64,000 nucleotides of DNA from the NCBI RefSeq assembly GCF_000143415.4, contig NW_003314405.1:206282-270281 (forward strand), given 5' to 3'. How positions within the stretch are numbered: position 1 is the stretch's first letter; the number at the start of each line of letters is the position of its first letter. Below the pieces are notes generated by a model, which was given only the letters and a program-made list of their open reading frames with translations, ran no database searches and was not told the origin of the DNA. Below are positions 22,349 to 32,899 of this stretch, one piece after another. Origin of the DNA: Selaginella moellendorffii. Lineage: Eukaryota > Plantae > Lycopodiophyta. Made by a program: the position numbers and the translations under genes.

Positions 22349-23481
22349 TCAGGACCTTCCTCTTGTCACTGTTTGTATCCTCCGGAAGAAAACTGGAGCC
22401 TGGCTGATGCTAAACGTGATGCTCTCACGCATCCATTCCGGAGCGATGTAGCGCAGTGACCCAAGCGCCAAGGACGTGAATTTCACTTCTCTGTCGCCAC
22501 CACAAATCCGGGCAGTGTCGGGGTCAACAACAGGTTCCAGCGAGAACTTGAGACCTTTTTGAAGGAAAAAACGAAGCAACGATCTTAAGTTGATGCCAAC
22601 ACGAAGAAAAAGAAGCAGGGGATTTCACCTGTGGATTGATGGAGGAAAACAAACGCCGCTGAATTGTCATCCTCTACTTCGGTTATTTGCATGTCACTCA
22701 AGAGCTGGAACAGTCTTTGGAGAAACTTGTAGCGATCTTCTCTCGTCCTGTCAGAATGACAGTCTAGAGAAACACCATGAGAAACGAAAAACTAAACGAT
22801 CGTTTTGAGCTTACCCCTCGCTTGAGCCATGAGAAGCTGGTTCCGGTATAGTGCATTCTCTTTCTCCAGCTCTTTCAACCTGGAAGGAAGAATTCCAAAG
22901 ACAATGGAGATTGTGAGTGAAAATGGAAAATGGATTTTCTTACCTTACCATTGTCTCTTCGACTTGAGACTCTTTTACTAGGTGCCGGAGCATTTCGTTC
23001 TCTTCGCGGAGTGTCTCTACTAGCGACTCCGTAGCTGGAACAAACGAAAGACAAAGTTTAAATGGAAATCACAAGAGGAGAGAGAGAGAGAGAGAGAGAG
23101 ACCTTTCGAGTAAGCAGCAGTGCGTAACTTGTGCTCTTCAAACAACTTCTCAGCATTCTCGATCCTCCTGGCCTACAGAGAGAAAAAGAAAGAGCAAGAT
23201 CAGCTTTTCCGCAAACTCGAGAAAAAAAAGAGATTACCTTGTCTCTCTCGTACTTGTCGTAGATCTTATCGTAAGCTCTCTTGAGCTGCAAGTTCCATAG
23301 AAGCAATTAAGCAATCCAAGAAAAAATAAAAATCCAAGAAGGAAATAAAAGAGCTCCTTACCGTGGAAAATGGAGACAAGGAAGAAGAGCCTTGCTGCTG
23401 TGAAGAGTCTGCGTCGCCATTAACTTGGTGATCTTCCCCTTGGGCTTCCATGGAAGAAGCCAATCTAGACCCTCTTGCCAT
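22349..23481 (-). CDS. TTN9: TITAN9-like coiled-coil protein, multi-exon
   Basis: Coiled-coil exons (KRAYDKIYDKYE, LREENEMLR, LKELEKEN). C-terminal LALGSLRYIAPEWMRESITFSISQAPVFF resembles the TITAN9 LGT.ERVAPEWM...FS...P.FF motif (from memory). Exon structure not fully resolved. Confidence 0.65.
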
Positions 23482-23816
23482 CTACCTGCATTGCTTCCCC
23501 GGGGGAAAACCCTAGACCAGGATCGCGAGCTGGAATCCAAAGATTTGCGGCTGGGACCAGAGTAGCAGCAGCGCGCAAGAATCTGGCGCCATGTCCACCA
23601 CTGCCCACCAAAAAAAAAATTGAAAATGCCCTGATCCTCAGGAACGTTAGCAGGGAATATTCGCACCTCGTCCTTTTTTCTCTTTTTTCTTTCAAGCTAT
23701 GGTTTTGGTTTGAACAGTCTGGAGCTGGCTCGAGCACCACTCCGCCACTGCTTTCTAGAAAAACCAAACAGAGAGAGAGGAATGAGAGAGGGAGAGAGAA
23801 GATCCACACCTTTGTC

Positions 23817-24853
23817 TCACTGGACGGATTGAAAGGTGTGGAGATCTTTGAGCCTTACGCTGCGAGCGTCGGATTCCTCGGCCAGCCGCTCGAATTCCCG
23901 CCGCATCAAACGCAGGAACTCGAAGAACTCGTTGGTGATGTTGAGGTCGTCGAGTAGATCGACGCTTCTCTTCACGTAAGGGACGCAGTCCAGCACTGAT
24001 CATGCTCTTGTTTTAGTCGAGTTTGGAAGAAAAAACGAGAGAGAGAGAGAGAACTTACTGGCGTATTTGTTGGTGTGCTTGTCTAGACGGATTGTGCACG
24101 AGTATTCGTGATCCGGGTTCTTTGCATTCACTTTGGTGAAGGTGATCTTGATCCCTGAAAGTTTTTCATATTCTCATGTGATGATGAGAAGAAAAATTGA
24201 AGAAGAGGAAGAACTTACCGCTCGCGAAGTCTGCACGGATGCCAAGAATGTCGTTGTAAAACTTGCGAGCGATCTTCTGTGCATTTACTTTCTGCTGTAC
24301 GCGACGCACACGCTCCTCCAGATCTGTGCAAGAGAAATGGTCATTTCTATGAGCACAATTGGAAACTACGTACCTTTTAAGGATTCTTCAGCGACGTGAG
24401 CACAACCTTCTCGTCGTTCTTTCAGCAACTCCAAGCGTTTTGCAAGGTAGATCTTCTTCTCGTTTGCTTGCTCGATCATCTTCTTCAAGGTCTCGTGTTG
24501 CTGCTTCCGGGCAGTAATTTCTGTACAGTGGAAAAGTTCCAACCACCATTGGAAAATAATTCTCGAAAACCAGACCTTTTTCTTTGTGAATTTTTTGCTC
24601 GCTAATCTCACGCAAATGCTGCTTGAGCTGCTCCGATTCCTCTGATCGGACGAGAAATTTAGGGGAAACGAGAACACACAAATCGCTTACCGTGGCCGCC
24701 GCGGCTCACAGATCTCGACATCTCCTGGAGCTCGTCCATGCGCTTCTCGCAAGATCGCTCCCACGCCTCAAACCTGGAGCGCGCCGATCGCACAGTCTCC
24801 ATCACCTGCTGGTGGCGATTGCGAACCCTGGCGCCCTCCGCCATGGTCGCCAT
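23817..24853 (-). CDS. SPC25: Kinetochore protein SPC25 (Ndc80 complex), multi-exon
   Basis: N-terminal coiled coil, then FYNDILGI...GIKITFTKVNAKNPDHEYSCTIRLD...DCVPYV...LLDDLNITNEFFEFLRLMRREF (Spc25 RWD signature). Confidence 0.85.
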
Positions 24854-25020
24854 TCCCTCGCTCGGGGCTTTCAAACAAAAAACCCCACTGTGGATATTCC
24901 GTCATCTAGGACGCTATATAAGAGTACATTTCGTTAGCGTGGTGGATATTCCGCTGGTAGGGTGGATATACCGCTGGCTGAGCAGCCACTTAAAAATGTA
25001 GCGAAGCTCAAGCTTTGGCG
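24854..25020. promoter_or_regulatory. Putative bidirectional promoter between SPC25 and ATP12
   Basis: 167 bp between divergent ATGs, TATATAA near 24915, three GTGGATAT(T/A)CCG copies. Confidence 0.55.
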
Positions 25021-26213
25021 ATGGCGCTGGCACTGCGGCCCGGCGGGACGAGGCCTGGAAAGTTAGGGTTAGGGTTTGGGGCAGCATGGGCGAGGCGATG
25101 GTCCTCCACGGCGGAGGAGGAAAGCGTCCAGTTGCCAGAGAAGGCGGGGGGATCGGGCTCTGGCGGGAGCGTCGGGCCGCGATTCTACAAGCATGCTCGG
25201 ATGCGCCCCAGCGACGATGGGCATTACGTGGTAATGCTGGATCGATTCACGCTCAAGACGCCCAAGAAGAATCCCGTGTCTGTGCCAACGCCCGGATTGG
25301 CGCTCGCGATCGCGGCGGAATGGGAGTGGCAGGTAAGCAAGCACACCGTTTGAATTCTTGGAATTTCTTGAGTTCTTGCGAGAGAGGAAGGGAGCGAAAT
25401 TTTTCCAAAGAGACTTCTTTGCAACTTTGTTGATTGAGATAGAACTTTTAGAGGAGAGGAATGCCTGGAGTTTATTAAAATGCGAGTCTCCACTGCAGAC
25501 TTGGTGACCACCATTTGACATCGGGGCATTTTTCCAGACCAAATCAGGAATCCGGCCGTTTACCATGCCGCTCATGAAGCTCGCCGCTACTACCATCGAT
25601 CGACTTCCAGATTTCAGAGAGAATGTCATCGAGAATTTGCTCAAGTATTCTCACGCGGACTCAGTTTACTGCCGTGCTCCAGAGACTGAGCCTCTCTCTC
25701 GTAAGTCATACAGAAAACTTGAAACGAGATTCACTCACCGTTTTTTTTCTTGGTTTCTTCCTAGACAAACAGGCTCAGCAGTGGGATCCTCTTGTAAAAT
25801 GGATCGAGGGAAAGATTGGAGCGAAGCCATCCGTGACGTCGAGCATTTTGATCGGCAAACAGCCCAAGGAAGTACTCGACGCATACAAGAAAATTCTCGG
25901 CGATTTTAACAACTGGGAACTCTCGGCTGTGGATCAACTGACTGCTTCCGCTCGTTCTCTGGTCATCGCCTTGGCGATTATAGACGGACGCCTCGACGTG
26001 GAGAAAGCCATGAAAGCCATTCGCGTGGATGAAGACTTCCAGGTACGGCGAAAATCTTTTTTCTTCCTTTCGGGTGATAGCATTTGTGATGGTCTTTTTT
26101 TCTTCCAGATTGCCAAATGGGGACTGGTTGAAGGTGGTCACGACATTGATATCTCGGATCTTCGAGTTCGCATCACCGCGGCTTCCATTTTTCACAGGCT
26201 ACTCCAGATGTAG
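25021..26213 (+). CDS. ATP12: Mitochondrial F1-ATPase assembly factor ATP12/ATPAF2, multi-exon
   Basis: RFYK, LDRFTLKTP, LALAIAAEWEWQ, RPFTMPLMKLA, QWDPLVKW, SLVIAL, EDFQ..KWGLVEGGHDID. Confidence 0.92.
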
Positions 26214-26442
26214 CGATTGATAAAAGGTAGAAACTTCAAAGGTAATAACTCCGACCTTTTCGAAAAGGATCGATTCGAGGGGTTTTTAAAGTGTTCTAAG
26301 TGTAACCCAATGTCTCTTGAGGATCTTCTTATCGCCATAGTCTGTTGGTGCTGCTCAAAGAGAAAGAAAACTATCGAGTTGGAGTGTCTGGAGATGGCGT
26401 TCGAACCACGATCGCGTGGCCGTGTTCTTGAAAGCCATCAAC

Positions 26443-27945
26443 TCAAAGCTGAGTAGTACACAAGTTTGACAGCAAAACGAAAGACCCACCATCCAGTAAC
26501 TTCGTGTTCTTTGCGAAGAGTTTGTCTAAAAGTTTATGTTGTTGGCACTTGGAAGAAACGAGCAAACACGTCCATTCCAAAGCATCAGGGACAAAGGGCA
26601 TGTTTTTAACAAGATCCAGCGCAGAATCAAAGCGTCCAGCGCGAGCTAGCAAGTCTACGATGCAGCAGTAGTGTTGCTTCTGGGGTTTCAATCCAAAGTC
26701 GTGGATCATGGAGACGAAGTAGCGGCGAGCTTGGAAGATCTTGCCACCATCGCTGCAAGCCACCAAGAGCGAGACAAAGCACGCCTCGTCTGGGAGCCGG
26801 GTCATTGTGAGTAGATCGAAACTTGTGGAAACATCTTGAAAAGAAGATGGTAGTTTTGTTTTGCTGAAAGAATAAGAAGCCAGGAGTGTTCCCCAGGAGA
26901 TTATATCCCTCTCGGGCATCCGATCAAACAACGTTTTTGTTCTTTCTCTATGGCCAACTTGGGCATATGCCGCAAGGATAGAATTCCAGCAAGCCACATT
27001 TCGTTCCGGAATCTCGTAAAAGATCTCCATCGCACGATTAACCTCACCTTTCTGACCGTAAAGAGAGAGTATCGTGCCCCACGAAACAAGATCCCACTCG
27101 GGCATCTGGTTAAATATTCCCAAAGCCGGCTCAAGATACCCTGAAAGGGCATATGCCAAAAGAAAAGAACTCCAAGAGATTAAATCTCTTTGAGGCATTT
27201 GAGAAAAGAGGCACTTTGCATTCTCAACACGTCCATTGTGGGCATACACAGTCAGCATTGCATTGTACGACACAAGGTTCCATTCGGGCATGGCCCAAAA
27301 GAATATCCCCTCCGAGCCATTAACATCCCGCCGTTGCCCGTACGCCACGAGCATCGAGCACCAGGCCACGATATTGTGGCCAGGCATCCGATCGTACAAC
27401 TCCTTCGCCTCGATGCCGTACTGGGAGCTCCGGCTGTACGCAGCGAGCATGGAATTCCACGACACAAGGTTCCGTACGGGCATCTCGTGGAATATTCTCT
27501 CGGCTTCTTGTGTGTGGCCGGATTGAGAGAATGCGGCTAGCATCGACGTCCAGGAGACGAGATTCCACTCCGGCATGGAGGAATATATCTTCTTTGCTTT
27601 GGGAATATGCCCATACTGGGCATATGCGGAGAGGAGCGAGGTCCAGGAGACCACGTTTCTCTGCGGCATTTCATCGAATATTATTTGAGCGCATTGGAAT
27701 CTCCCTTGGGCAGCGTACGCTGCCAGCATAGAGCTCCACGACACGATGCTTCTCTCGGGCATCTCCTCGAATATCCACTTTGCTTGTTCCAGATGCCCGT
27801 TCTGGGAATATGCCGATAGCATCGCATTCCACAAGACGAGATCGCGGTGTGGGAATGAGTCGAAGAGATCTTTGCATTGCCGGACGTCGCCATTTCTGGA
27901 GTGGGCAGTGACGAGATTCGTACAAGAGACCAGATCGACGGCCAT
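26443..27945 (-). CDS. PLS-class (SS-motif-rich) PPR protein with truncated E region
   Basis: Tandem 31-aa MPxxNLVSWxxML motifs and QHYCCIVDLLARAG...MPFVPDALEW. Confidence 0.85.
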   Translation of the reverse strand: MAVDLVSCTNLVTAHSRNGDVRQCKDLFDSFPHRDLVLWNAMLSAYSQNGHLEQAKWIFEEMPERSIVSWSSMLAAYAAQGRFQCAQIIFDEMPQRNVVSWTSLLSAYAQYGHIPKAKKIYSSMPEWNLVSWTSMLAAFSQSGHTQEAERIFHEMPVRNLVSWNSMLAAYSRSSQYGIEAKELYDRMPGHNIVAWCSMLVAYGQRRDVNGSEGIFFWAMPEWNLVSYNAMLTVYAHNGRVENAKCLFSQMPQRDLISWSSFLLAYALSGYLEPALGIFNQMPEWDLVSWGTILSLYGQKGEVNRAMEIFYEIPERNVACWNSILAAYAQVGHRERTKTLFDRMPERDIISWGTLLASYSFSKTKLPSSFQDVSTSFDLLTMTRLPDEACFVSLLVACSDGGKIFQARRYFVSMIHDFGLKPQKQHYCCIVDLLARAGRFDSALDLVKNMPFVPDALEWTCLLVSSKCQQHKLLDKLFAKNTKLLDGGSFVLLSNLCTTQL

Positions 27946-28265
27946 GGTCTGGTGTTGCTTTAAATTCCACCATTGGATCTAGGGTTCTTGGGAACGATGC
28001 TCTCTGCGAGGGTGTCGCGCGGCGCCTAAGCGCGCATCCCTGTGGCTCGTTCCTAGATCCAAAGGACCAATGGTCCAGCGGCCAGACAACCGTAGTTCTT
28101 CCTTCACGGGACGATTGCGAGCTCCAGTGCTTTTGCCCTACTACAGGAAGCTCATACTCTCGATTCTTGGCATCGCAACTAGCGCTAGCGATCAATGGTT
28201 TCGCTCTGTGCTTTACTGATGCCCACAGCGAAGTCGCCTCTGATTTCCAGCAGTAGCGCCGCTCA

Positions 28266-30083
28266 ATGGCTTCTTCTGCCCTACACACGAGGCTACACTT
28301 GCGAGATCTCGATCAATCGAAGAAACCCATTGTTCTAGCCATGCCCTTCTCTGTTCCAGGAGCTCCCGGAGGGAAAGATCTCAAATGCGGAGCTGCCGTA
28401 TTTGATCAGCCCGCGCTGCCCTTGATCCGAGAGCCGCGCCCTCGCATTCGTGAGCTTCACGATGCCGTGAGGATCAATCTCCTGCCTGGCGCCCGTGCCG
28501 AATTCTCGGCTTACTCCTGGTTCCTCCAAGAATGTGGCAGACTCAATGCCCTCGCGGCGGGCAAGCTCGTCCACGCTCACATTCGATCGATGCGGCTGGA
28601 ACACGACCGATTTCTTGGCAATCTCGTGGTGGATATGTATGGACGGTGTGGGCGATTGGATGAGGCGGCCGCGGCGTTCCAAGAGATCCACGAGAAGAAT
28701 GTATTCTCCTGGAACATCTGGATTGGAGCAAATGCCATGAATGGGCAATCCATGGCGGCACTGGAGCTCCTCAAGAAAATGGAGCTACACGGTATCAAGG
28801 CCACTAGGGTTACGTTCTTGAATGCTCTATCGGCATGCGCCGCCCCGGAGCTCCTCGCCCAGGCGCGATCGATCGTCGAGAAGATCACTGCCGCTGGAAT
28901 GGATCGCGACGTCCTCGTCGCCACGGCCGTGGTGAGCGCGTACGCGCGATGTGGCGCCATGGCCAGCGCCAGGGAGGTCTTCGATGCCATGCCCGCCCGA
29001 AATATCGTCTCCTGGAACGCGATGATCGAGGCCTACGCGCAGCACGGCCGAGGCGCCGACGCGATCGCGGTATTTCGGCTCTTGGAGCTGGAAGGTACGT
29101 TCCAAGCGAACAAGATCACATTCCTGGCACTGATCGAGGCTTGTTCTTGCTCCTGGCAGGGAAATCTCGGTACCGGGAGGCTCTTTCACCATCGCGCCAT
29201 TGCCAGTGGCTTCCATACGGACGAATCTCTCAAGAACAGCCTGGTCAACATGTACTCCAAGTGTGGCAGCGTGGAAGAGGCGAGACAAGTCTTCGATTCC
29301 ATCGCTCCCAGGACAGCGATCTCCTGCAGCGTGATGATCACGACCCTGGCACAGAATGGCTTCTATCGAGAGGCGCTAGAGCTCTACCGGGAGATGCAAG
29401 AAGAGGGACTGGAGTCCAACAACATGACGTTCCTTAGCTTGCTGGAAGCCAGCGCCCATCTCACGGCCTTGGGCCAGGGACGAAGAATCCACGCCAGTAT
29501 CATCGACTATGGGCTCGCCAGAGACCTCTTGATCCAGACAGCGCTCGTCTACATGTATGGGAAGTGTGCTAGCTTGGACGAGGCAAGGGAGGTGTTTGAG
29601 AGCATGGAAAGGAAGAATGTGGTGGCCTGGACGTCGATCATCGCTGCTTACTCCCAGCACGGCCACTGCGAAGAATCGCTGGAGCTCTTCCGGAGGATGG
29701 CTCTCGATGGGGTGATGCCCAACGAGGTGACTTATGGAACGCTCTTGTCTACGTGTAGCCACGCTGGGCTCGTGGACGAGGCCTACGACAACTTTGTGGA
29801 GATGAAGAACCCCAGGTTGACGCACTATAGGTGCATGGTGGATGCGCTTGGGCGAGCCGGGAAGCTGGACGAGGCCGAGGATCTCTTGAACAACATGCCC
29901 TTTGAGCCGGACTCGGTAGCGTGGGTGCTCTTCTTGGGAGCTTGTAAGACGCACGGCAGCATCGAGAGGGGCTCTCGGGCAGCGGAGAGCATCCGCGAGG
30001 TGGCTCCGGAATCGGTGAGTGCTGGTCCGTTTGTGATGGTTTCTAATATGTATGGCTTTTCACGAGTTTGTGTCGCGGGATGA
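28266..30083 (+). CDS. PLS-E PPR protein, formerly PLS-DYW (C-terminus disrupted)
   Basis: P-L-S triplets and HYRCMVDALGRAG...MPFEPDSVAW...LGACKTHG. Stops at 30083 within a local duplication. Confidence 0.82.
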   Translation: MASSALHTRLHLRDLDQSKKPIVLAMPFSVPGAPGGKDLKCGAAVFDQPALPLIREPRPRIRELHDAVRINLLPGARAEFSAYSWFLQECGRLNALAAGKLVHAHIRSMRLEHDRFLGNLVVDMYGRCGRLDEAAAAFQEIHEKNVFSWNIWIGANAMNGQSMAALELLKKMELHGIKATRVTFLNALSACAAPELLAQARSIVEKITAAGMDRDVLVATAVVSAYARCGAMASAREVFDAMPARNIVSWNAMIEAYAQHGRGADAIAVFRLLELEGTFQANKITFLALIEACSCSWQGNLGTGRLFHHRAIASGFHTDESLKNSLVNMYSKCGSVEEARQVFDSIAPRTAISCSVMITTLAQNGFYREALELYREMQEEGLESNNMTFLSLLEASAHLTALGQGRRIHASIIDYGLARDLLIQTALVYMYGKCASLDEAREVFESMERKNVVAWTSIIAAYSQHGHCEESLELFRRMALDGVMPNEVTYGTLLSTCSHAGLVDEAYDNFVEMKNPRLTHYRCMVDALGRAGKLDEAEDLLNNMPFEPDSVAWVLFLGACKTHGSIERGSRAAESIREVAPESVSAGPFVMVSNMYGFSRVCVAG

Positions 30084-30129
30084 TTCTTGTGGTGGAGTTA
30101 CAGAGATTGATACACGAGATGAAGTGTAC

Positions 30130-30583
30130 TGTAAGACACAGGGCAGCATTGAGAGAGGCCCTCGGGTAGCGGAGAGCTTCCGCGAGGTGGCTCCGGAATC
30201 GGTGAGTGCTGGTCCGTTTGTGATGGTTTCTAATATCTATGTAGGCGATGCTGTGCACGAGTTCGTGTCGCGGGATGATTCTCACTCTTGCAGAGGTTGA
30301 TACGCGAGATGCGTGATCATTTGGGATGTGTTCCTTATACCACCGGTGTTCTTCACGACGTCAGCCAGGAGCAAAAGGAAGAGATGGTCAAGCATCACAG
30401 CGAGAAGTCGGTGATTGCGTTTGGATTGATCAGCACTGTGCCAGGGACGACCATCCGGGTAATGAAGAACTTGAGAGTTTCTTTGGATTGTCACACTTGT
30501 TTCAGGTGCATTTCCAGGATTTCCAAGAGGAAGATTATTTTGTGTGATTGATCACTTTACTTGCTGCTGCAAAGGCTACTGAT
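30130..30583 (+). pseudogene. Duplicated E/E+ segment and degenerate DYW deaminase tail
   Basis: 30130-30311 repeats 29943-30121. It is followed by HHSEKSVIAFGLI, KNLRVSLDCH, ISRISKRKIILCD* and ...CCCKGY*. Confidence 0.8.
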
Positions 30584-30794
30584 AAGTTTAGAGGCATCTA
30601 ATTTCAATGCCAAGTAATTTTCCAGATTTTTACGTTCACTAGACACTAGATCGTGGGCAAAGTATTCGTCCCATCATACATTATTGACGTAGAAATTGGT
30701 TCCAGGCTAGAGTCCAAAGGAACTACCCGACATTGAGAAAAAGATAAATCATGACGAAATTATCAAACAAAAGCTCTAATTTTTCAAGCAAAAA

Positions 30795-32333
30795 ATGACT
30801 CTTCCTGCGCTCTTGCTGCTACTCATCATTGTAAGATTTTCTTGTCTAGATGTAATTCAAGGCGTTCCAATCTACTGGGTGTCACTTGAGGCCAACACCA
30901 GCAAACTCGTCTACAAACCCACCAATGCAGGTGACACAATCATGGATTTTTCGGCCGTGGGATACTTGGGAAGGGATGCCGCACTGCCAGACAACATACC
31001 AGTGAAAGTTGCCCTCTATCCTGCTCGCAACTACAAAGGCAGCAACAAGAGCCATGGTGAATCCATCCAGCAGGCCATCAATGAGGTTTCTTCCTTGCCC
31101 CTGGATCCTTCTACAGGTTACCGTGGAGCAATCCAGCTTTCGAGTGGAGTCTTTGATGTTCGAGGCCACCGCTTTACCATCAACACCAGTGGAATTGTCA
31201 TCACCGGCAGCAGCAGCGAAGAAACAATTCTCCAGGCAAGCGTTTCCCGCGTCGACGGCGATGACAGTACCTTTCCCCACTTCTATCCTCTTTTCTCTGT
31301 GGAGAGTCCGCAAGAAAAGGTCTCGGAGATTGGCTCGAAAACCGCGATCATAGCAACAGTGCCGTCGGGATCCAGGTTCGTGCAGCTCAACTCAACTCGA
31401 GATATCAATCCTGGGGACCTCGTGAGGATCGTTTGGCCGATGAGCTCCGCGTGGATCCAGACCATGAACATGACGCACAGGTGGTCGAATGCTTCGTCAA
31501 CATACATCGAACGCAAAGTCGCCAGTATCGACAACGCGAGCAGCAGAGTCTTCCTCGACGTCCCAGTTTCTTTCCGGATCGATCTAGCGTATCTGAGCAC
31601 CGCGCAGCCGGCCTACTTGGTCAAGGTTAACATCTCCGGAAGAACAAGCCACGTTGGTCTCGAGAACTTTAAAGCAGTCCAGGACAAAGTTCTTCCGTAC
31701 GGTGCCGGGAACTTCCTCAACATCCAGCAAGTGGAGAACTCGTGGGTGAGAAACGTCGCTGCTGTGGACTTTGGAGGAGACACTGTTACTATCGCCGGCA
31801 CGAAGGTCACCGTCGACAACTTGCACCTTGAGAGGACCATCCAGAGCAACAGGTATGGCGCCAAACGAGCAGATCTCGCCATCCAATTTCCAGGCTCGCA
31901 GATCCTCGTAAAGAACAGCGTCATTCGGGGAGGAGATTTTCAGTTTAGCTACATCACCAGGAACCAGGCAAATGGTCCCAACGTGTTCTTCAACAGCACC
32001 GGCTATGGAAGCTCGCCAGCGGAACCTCACAGCCACTTTGCGACAGGGATCTTGTACGACAACATGAACTTGGTGGGTGGAACGCTGAGCCTGGTGAATC
32101 GAGCGACCATCACTCACGGCTACACATCCGGGTTTAGCGTCGCATGGAACTGTAACGCGACGGTGCTCAAGGTGATCAATCCTCCACAGGCGGCCAACTG
32201 GGCGATTGGATGCAACGCGAAATCGCTGGGAAGCATTGGAGACGAAACGCCGGGATTCATCGAGCCGGGAGGAATCGAGTCTGATCGTTTGACAAGCTTG
32301 TACCTGGCTCAAAAAAAGGTCGCAAAAATGTGA
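30795..32333 (+). CDS. Secreted pectin-lyase-like beta-helix protein, copy 1 (bacterial-like), intronless
   Basis: Signal peptide, DFSAVGY, IQQAINEV...YRGAIQLSSGVF (Pectate_lyase_3-type N-cap), NGPNVF, EPHSHFATGILYDN, PPQAANWAIG, SLYLAQ. Confidence 0.8.
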   Translation: MTLPALLLLLIIVRFSCLDVIQGVPIYWVSLEANTSKLVYKPTNAGDTIMDFSAVGYLGRDAALPDNIPVKVALYPARNYKGSNKSHGESIQQAINEVSSLPLDPSTGYRGAIQLSSGVFDVRGHRFTINTSGIVITGSSSEETILQASVSRVDGDDSTFPHFYPLFSVESPQEKVSEIGSKTAIIATVPSGSRFVQLNSTRDINPGDLVRIVWPMSSAWIQTMNMTHRWSNASSTYIERKVASIDNASSRVFLDVPVSFRIDLAYLSTAQPAYLVKVNISGRTSHVGLENFKAVQDKVLPYGAGNFLNIQQVENSWVRNVAAVDFGGDTVTIAGTKVTVDNLHLERTIQSNRYGAKRADLAIQFPGSQILVKNSVIRGGDFQFSYITRNQANGPNVFFNSTGYGSSPAEPHSHFATGILYDNMNLVGGTLSLVNRATITHGYTSGFSVAWNCNATVLKVINPPQAANWAIGCNAKSLGSIGDETPGFIEPGGIESDRLTSLYLAQKKVAKM

Positions 32334-32899
32334 GCAAAGAAAGTCAATACACGTGAAATTTGTGGATATACCCTTTGAAACTTTCAACATATGTCTAGGA
32401 TGAATAAGCAACACAAAAACGTTTCTAGAACACCTCGTTTGCATGCCGAGTTGGCAAAACCACATAAACGCCAGATAATTGGAAGCGTAAGTGATAGAAA
32501 TTTGTAGTGACAGTGTAAAAAATCAGACACGAAGTCCATATTCTTCTCAGTGCAATCTTCCTCTTCTTTGGTAACAGGAACAAGGCCAAAGTCTCATATG
32601 GGAAAATCAAGGAAGCAATGCAAATCAAGATGTGAAATTATTTACACGCGGTAGAAGGGTTTATAATTCCAGGATAGGACAATGTATCTGCGCGGCCAAA
32701 GACCGGTCAACGCATGAGATTCACGGTGTTTCCAGATATCGATTCGAATCCTCCTGAATTTGTCCTGAAAGAATGAAAATATTCTTTCTCCAACCTTTGC
32801 CATGCCGTATTAAACTCTCTTATAACATTTTGTCGTGGTTTTCCGCTATAAAATGTAGGCTGATTTTGATAGTTTAGAGCAGTATATAATCTCTCAAGC

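Noticed and set aside
23078-23100. (GA)n microsatellites (also ~24037 and ~45140)
   Set aside because: Ordinary intronic/UTR simple repeats.
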